Assembly (NCBI GenBank): GCA_029856045.1
Contig: JAHQWG010000028.1
Coordinates: 224,001-288,000 of the forward strand
Length of the DNA stretch: 64,000 bases
Source of the DNA: Promethearchaeia archaeon
GTDB lineage: Archaea > Asgardarchaeota > Lokiarchaeia > Sigyniarchaeales > SOKP01
Reading direction: 5' to 3'
Position numbers and translations under genes: made by a program. Numbering within the stretch: position 1 is the stretch's first letter; each line of letters starts with the position of its first letter. The notes under the pieces were generated by a model that saw only the letters and a list, made by a program, of their open reading frames with translations, ran no database searches and was not told the DNA's origin. Of this stretch, positions 60,344 through 64,000 are shown piece by piece.

Positions 60344-60757
60344 ATACCTAACTGGTTCATCCATTTGAAGTGGGCAAAAAAGGTAGGAATTCCCGAAGGT
60401 ATAGCTAATATTACAAATCGCGTTATTGATTATGGCTTTAATTGGGTATTTTCTGCTAAAAGTGAAAACATTAAAAATAATGATGATCCTAGATTCCTTC
60501 ATTTAACCTATTTTTATGAAATGGACCCAAAAAATAAGAATTACATAAAAGCCTATTATCTCCATCGTGCTCTGGACCATCTTAAGGAAACGAGGCACAA
60601 AGAATTAGATAAAGCATTAAAGAAATTTGAAACAGAGAAATGTTTAATTGAAATCGAGAGACCGAATGGTCAAATTATAACTTTCAAAAAAGAGTTAGAG
60701 GGAATTCTTACTCTTCTAAGACAAAATGAAAAAAATGTATTATCTGATATCAATTAA
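60344..60757 (+). CDS. Hypothetical protein (MPxWxxHxKWA / HxxLD, possibly metal-dependent hydrolase-like); probable ATA start
   Basis: The frame extends upstream of the TTG at 60365 as ata-cct-aac-tgg-ttc-atc-cat, after GGGGTT. In-frame TAA at 60326. Confidence 0.55.
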   Translation: MPNWFIHLKWAKKVGIPEGIANITNRVIDYGFNWVFSAKSENIKNNDDPRFLHLTYFYEMDPKNKNYIKAYYLHRALDHLKETRHKELDKALKKFETEKCLIEIERPNGQIITFKKELEGILTLLRQNEKNVLSDIN

Positions 60758-60763
60758 TAGTTA

Positions 60764-61156
60764 TTAAATAAAATTGTGTTTTTTTAGATATTTAATTATC
60801 TCATTTATGAAGCTTTGTCCATTTTTTAGTATTTTTTTAGCTTCACTTTTAGGAATATTTATAAAAAAATCATAATCACCTATTTGTCTTTTATCATAAG
60901 CATTTCTGAGTTGTCTACTCATTTCTATAGGGAAAATATTTGTTTTTATAAAATATTTGCCTAAAGCAGAAATTACGCCTCCGTGAGATTTAAATTTCAA
61001 ATTTTTTGTCAGTAAAACTGCTTCCACTGAATAAAACATAGCATAATATGTTCTGGATACTGACCCATCATAATCTCCATCTTCTAAAAGTGTTTTAGCA
61101 CTTTTAAGTGCTCTGTTTGCTTTTTTAATTAATGAACTCAGATTATTTTTAATCAA
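60764..61156 (-). CDS. HEPN domain protein
   Basis: SRTYYAMF, KSHGG, RQIGDY. Confidence 0.88.
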   Translation of the reverse strand: MIKNNLSSLIKKANRALKSAKTLLEDGDYDGSVSRTYYAMFYSVEAVLLTKNLKFKSHGGVISALGKYFIKTNIFPIEMSRQLRNAYDKRQIGDYDFFINIPKSEAKKILKNGQSFINEIIKYLKKHNFI

Positions 61157-61467
61157 ATTGATATTCCTTCTTCTCTAAGATTAATTAGAAATGGTGTGTT
61201 AAAATGAAAATAATTATGTTCTGAAATAGGATAGAGTGATATTAATACTTCATATTTTAAATCGATATCACATGTAATTTCCGTCAATCTATCAATTTCT
61301 TCAAATGGAACTACTTCACCTTCAAGAATAATCGCTAAATCTACATCTGATTCATCAGTTGCGTCCCCCCTTGCCCATGAACCATATAAGATAATATATT
61401 TTAATCTTTTACCATATAAAGTTTTGAGTTCCATTTTGAATTCTTCTAATAACTTATTTATTTTCAT
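61153..61467 (-). CDS. Minimal nucleotidyltransferase (MNT)
   Basis: LYGSWARGDATDESDVD. Confidence 0.9.
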   Translation of the reverse strand: MKINKLLEEFKMELKTLYGKRLKYIILYGSWARGDATDESDVDLAIILEGEVVPFEEIDRLTEITCDIDLKYEVLISLYPISEHNYFHFNTPFLINLREEGISI

Positions 61468-61674
61468 AATTACAACTCTCTCTATTTCATTGGTATTAAA
61501 TAAGATTTTTGAATTTTTATTATTAATGGAGATAAGAGATATGTAAATTTATTAATTAATACTTAATTCAAATTCGGATATTATTTCTTATGTTGAATAA
61601 TCTTTAAATTTGTCAATATAACATAAAAGTGGTAACTCCTTATTGCTAATCTTCATATAATGGATTTTAAACAA

Positions 61675-62289
61675 TTAAATCTTTTTATAAAGGAAATAAA
61701 TAGAATTTTCTATGACCCAAAAGACAATAGCAAAAAATACCATCCATTCTGAAATAGGCCATCCAGTAAAAATAAAAAATATGAATACTCCAGAAACGGC
61801 AAATCCTATTATGGTTTGCATTTTGGAAAATCTTGAATCAATCCAAATTAAGATACTATAAATGGTGCAAAATATTAATTCACAAAAAAAGAAAATAGTT
61901 GCAAAAAAGATATGAATGATGCCAAGTAAAAGAGTGTAATGTGGAAAACACCCAACAAGAGATATGGAGATTGCCCCAATTATTGATATTTTAATAGCAA
62001 ATTTTTTTATTTTTTCATTAATTTTTTCTTGGGTTAAAGACCTACCAAGATATACTAAAAATGGGATTACCGTAATACCAGTTAAAATGAAACCTATATT
62101 AAACAATGGGGCAGCCAATCCAGGAGATATCCCCAAAACACTAATAAAGCTTTCAATCATATTGTATCCAGGAACTAATAAATATGATAAGAAGGTAAAA
62201 ATAACTCCAATAACCATTGATAAAAGCCCATAATATCCTCCAGGTACTAATTTGAGAAGTTTATCCATTAAATTGTTTATTTTATCCAT
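61675..62289 (-). CDS. DUF998-like membrane protein
   Basis: PGYN...ISVLG, LFN.G, VGCFP...H, EW. Confidence 0.65.
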   Translation of the reverse strand: MDKINNLMDKLLKLVPGGYYGLLSMVIGVIFTFLSYLLVPGYNMIESFISVLGISPGLAAPLFNIGFILTGITVIPFLVYLGRSLTQEKINEKIKKFAIKISIIGAISISLVGCFPHYTLLLGIIHIFFATIFFFCELIFCTIYSILIWIDSRFSKMQTIIGFAVSGVFIFFIFTGWPISEWMVFFAIVFWVIENSIYFLYKKI

Positions 62290-62380
62290 AATTCCTTAAA
62301 TGAATTAGAATCTAAAAATAATCTTGATAAATAACTAAAAATGAAATAATTAATACTATTGAAAAATATTAATTATTATT

Positions 62381-63211
62381 ATGAGTTTTGCAGAAGTAAA
62401 TGGAATAAAAATTTGTTATGAGATGCATGGCGATGGATATCCAATTATTTTAGTTGAAGAATATGGCGCAAAAAAAGAAGGGTGGATTGCACAAATTGGT
62501 CCATTATCAGAACATTTCAAAGTTATTACTTTGGATAACCGTGGGTCTGGCAAATCAGATCGCCCAAACTATCCTTATACAATGGAAATGTTTGCAGATG
62601 ACATTAAAGGTTTAATAGATTTTCTTGGTCTAAAAAAGGCGCATATTGTAGGAAAATCCCTAGGTGGGATGATCGTCCAAGAATTTGCGTTAAAATATTC
62701 ACAATATGTAAATAAATTGGTATTATTGAATACATCTACTGGTTATCCGAGTGATCAAGGACCAGAAATGTACAAGCGAGGAAAAATTGATGAATATTAT
62801 GCAATACTTAAAGATCCAGTTAAATTTTTTTTCGAAGATATAAAAGCGGGATTCTCTCGGGAATTTAGAAAACTAATACAGGAAGATCCAAAAAGAAAAT
62901 TCCATGGTCTTTGGTCAGCTGAAGATCTTATAAAAGAAAGTACAATTGACCCTACGACCCCGCAAGATATTGGAAATCAAGCAAATGCACTTAAGGGATT
63001 TCATCCTCTTGAAGAATTACATAAAATTAAGAGTGAAACTTTAATTCTAGGAGCTGAAAAAGATAGAGTTATGTCGGTCTATAACCAACAACAAATGCAT
63101 GAAAGGATTCCAAATAGTACCCTAAAGATTCTTGAAAATACACGTCACAGTTCTAATTTAGAAAAAGCACCAGAAGTAAATCAAATCCTTATAGATTTTT
63201 TAAAAGATTAA
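62381..63211 (+). CDS. Alpha/beta hydrolase
   Basis: DNRGSGKS, GKSLGG nucleophile elbow, AEKD, RH. Confidence 0.9.
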   Translation: MSFAEVNGIKICYEMHGDGYPIILVEEYGAKKEGWIAQIGPLSEHFKVITLDNRGSGKSDRPNYPYTMEMFADDIKGLIDFLGLKKAHIVGKSLGGMIVQEFALKYSQYVNKLVLLNTSTGYPSDQGPEMYKRGKIDEYYAILKDPVKFFFEDIKAGFSREFRKLIQEDPKRKFHGLWSAEDLIKESTIDPTTPQDIGNQANALKGFHPLEELHKIKSETLILGAEKDRVMSVYNQQQMHERIPNSTLKILENTRHSSNLEKAPEVNQILIDFLKD

Positions 63212-63248
63212 ACACAATTTTTTATAATATTTCTTTATTTCAATTATT

Positions 63249-63383
63249 ATGAGCTTTGCAGAAATAAATGGAATTAAAATTTGTTATGAAATCCATTGAG
63301 AAGGTTATCCCGTAATATTGATTCATGGATTTGGTGGAAAAAAAGAGAATAGTTCAATCATAACTATTAAAAAAGTAGAATGA
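63249..63383 (+). pseudogene. Truncated alpha/beta hydrolase paralog with internal TGA
   Basis: MSFAEINGIKICYEIH*EGYPVILIHGFGGKKE... duplicates the N-terminus of 62381. TGA at 63297 replaces a Gly codon. Confidence 0.85.
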
Positions 63384-63467
63384 AAATAGGTTTAATTATA
63401 AATTGATTTTAAGAAATATAATCTCTTTAATTAACGACTTGTAATATATAGTATTTAGGGAAAGCTT

Positions 63468-64000
63468 TTGATAGAAAAAAGAGTGTTAATTCAAAGTACC
63501 ACTGGAAGTGATCTTCATGGGATCCATTTTTTGCATAGTAAAGAATCAAAAAAAAAATCAATTCTAATAATGTGTCATGGTTTTACAGGGGATAAATATG
63601 AACATGGCCATTTTCCTGAATTAGCTAAAACTTGTAATAAAGAGGGAATCGATGGACTGATTTTTGATTTTACGGGCTCTGGAGAAAATGAGAGAGTACC
63701 CATAACATTATTCAAACAAATTGAGGATTTAGAATCAGTATATAAATGGGTGCAAAATCAAGGTTATGGAAACATTGCTGTATTGGGATTATCATTCGGA
63801 GGTCTTACTGCACTAGGAGCTAATTTATTTGGAATTAAAACATACATTTTTTGGGCACCAGTTTTATTTCTTCATACTACTGATGATCAAACCGACTGGT
63901 TTAAGGATTTAAACAAAGGTCCCGTAGAAATTCCATCAACTATAGAGGGAAGACCTGTAATCATCGATTTAAGTTTTATGACAGATTTTGCAAAGCTTCG
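63468..64000 (+). CDS. Alpha/beta hydrolase, 3'-truncated by the window end
   Basis: TTG start. MCHGFTGDK, FDFTGSGE and GLSFGG motifs. Open to the end of the window. Confidence 0.85.
   Translation, partial: MIEKRVLIQSTTGSDLHGIHFLHSKESKKKSILIMCHGFTGDKYEHGHFPELAKTCNKEGIDGLIFDFTGSGENERVPITLFKQIEDLESVYKWVQNQGYGNIAVLGLSFGGLTALGANLFGIKTYIFWAPVLFLHTTDDQTDWFKDLNKGPVEIPSTIEGRPVIIDLSFMTDFAKL

Noticed and set aside
1506-62233. Many short ORFs (60-131 aa) overlapping long genes, e.g. 6726..6917, 10461..10652, 25912..26268, 39743..40138
   Set aside because: Antisense or alternate-frame shadows with no recognisable motifs. The identical 63-aa pair only reflects the duplicated corrinoid genes.
63297-63299. 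In-frame TGA as possible selenocysteine or recoding
   Set aside because: It aligns to Gly rather than Cys, the frame ends 28 codons later, and TGA is used as a normal stop elsewhere in the window.
1-64000. Transposases, integrases, rRNA, CRISPR arrays
   Set aside because: No supporting motifs or repeat structure seen.

Overview
AT-rich archaeal chromosome segment, most likely Asgard (Lokiarchaeia-like). This is inferred from a gelsolin-domain protein, two Roadblock/LAMTOR proteins, several stand-alone SCP2-like proteins, a PGF/Loki-CTERM-anchored binding protein, TrmB regulators and intron-containing tRNAs. Main content, in order: (1) an operon of a helical-repeat protein, a GCS2-type carboxylate-amine ligase and an amidohydrolase; (2) a tandemly duplicated cassette of corrinoid protein, UroD-fold methyltransferase and SCP2, with an MtrH-like gene and a readable duplication breakpoint; (3) a Roadblock gene missed by the ORF track; (4) a PAS histidine kinase; (5) tRNA-Thr(GGT) with one intron and tRNA-Met(CAT) with apparently three introns; (6) a cluster of gelsolin, Roadblock and a proline-rich CDC48-N-like/vWA protein; (7) redox and lipid-related operons, a split PEP-synthase-like dikinase and a 2-hydroxyacyl-CoA dehydratase-like pair; (8) a trehalose/maltose ABC plus TreT cassette with an insertion scar; (9) a Hef/FANCM helicase and a corrinoid-methyltransferase fusion lacking the cobalt-ligand His; (10) three nucleotidyltransferase-based TA-like pairs. 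At least four genes appear to start at near-cognate codons (ATT, ATT, ACG, ATA). No CRISPR array, rRNA or transposase was seen. All family calls come from motif recognition by eye; no database searches were run.
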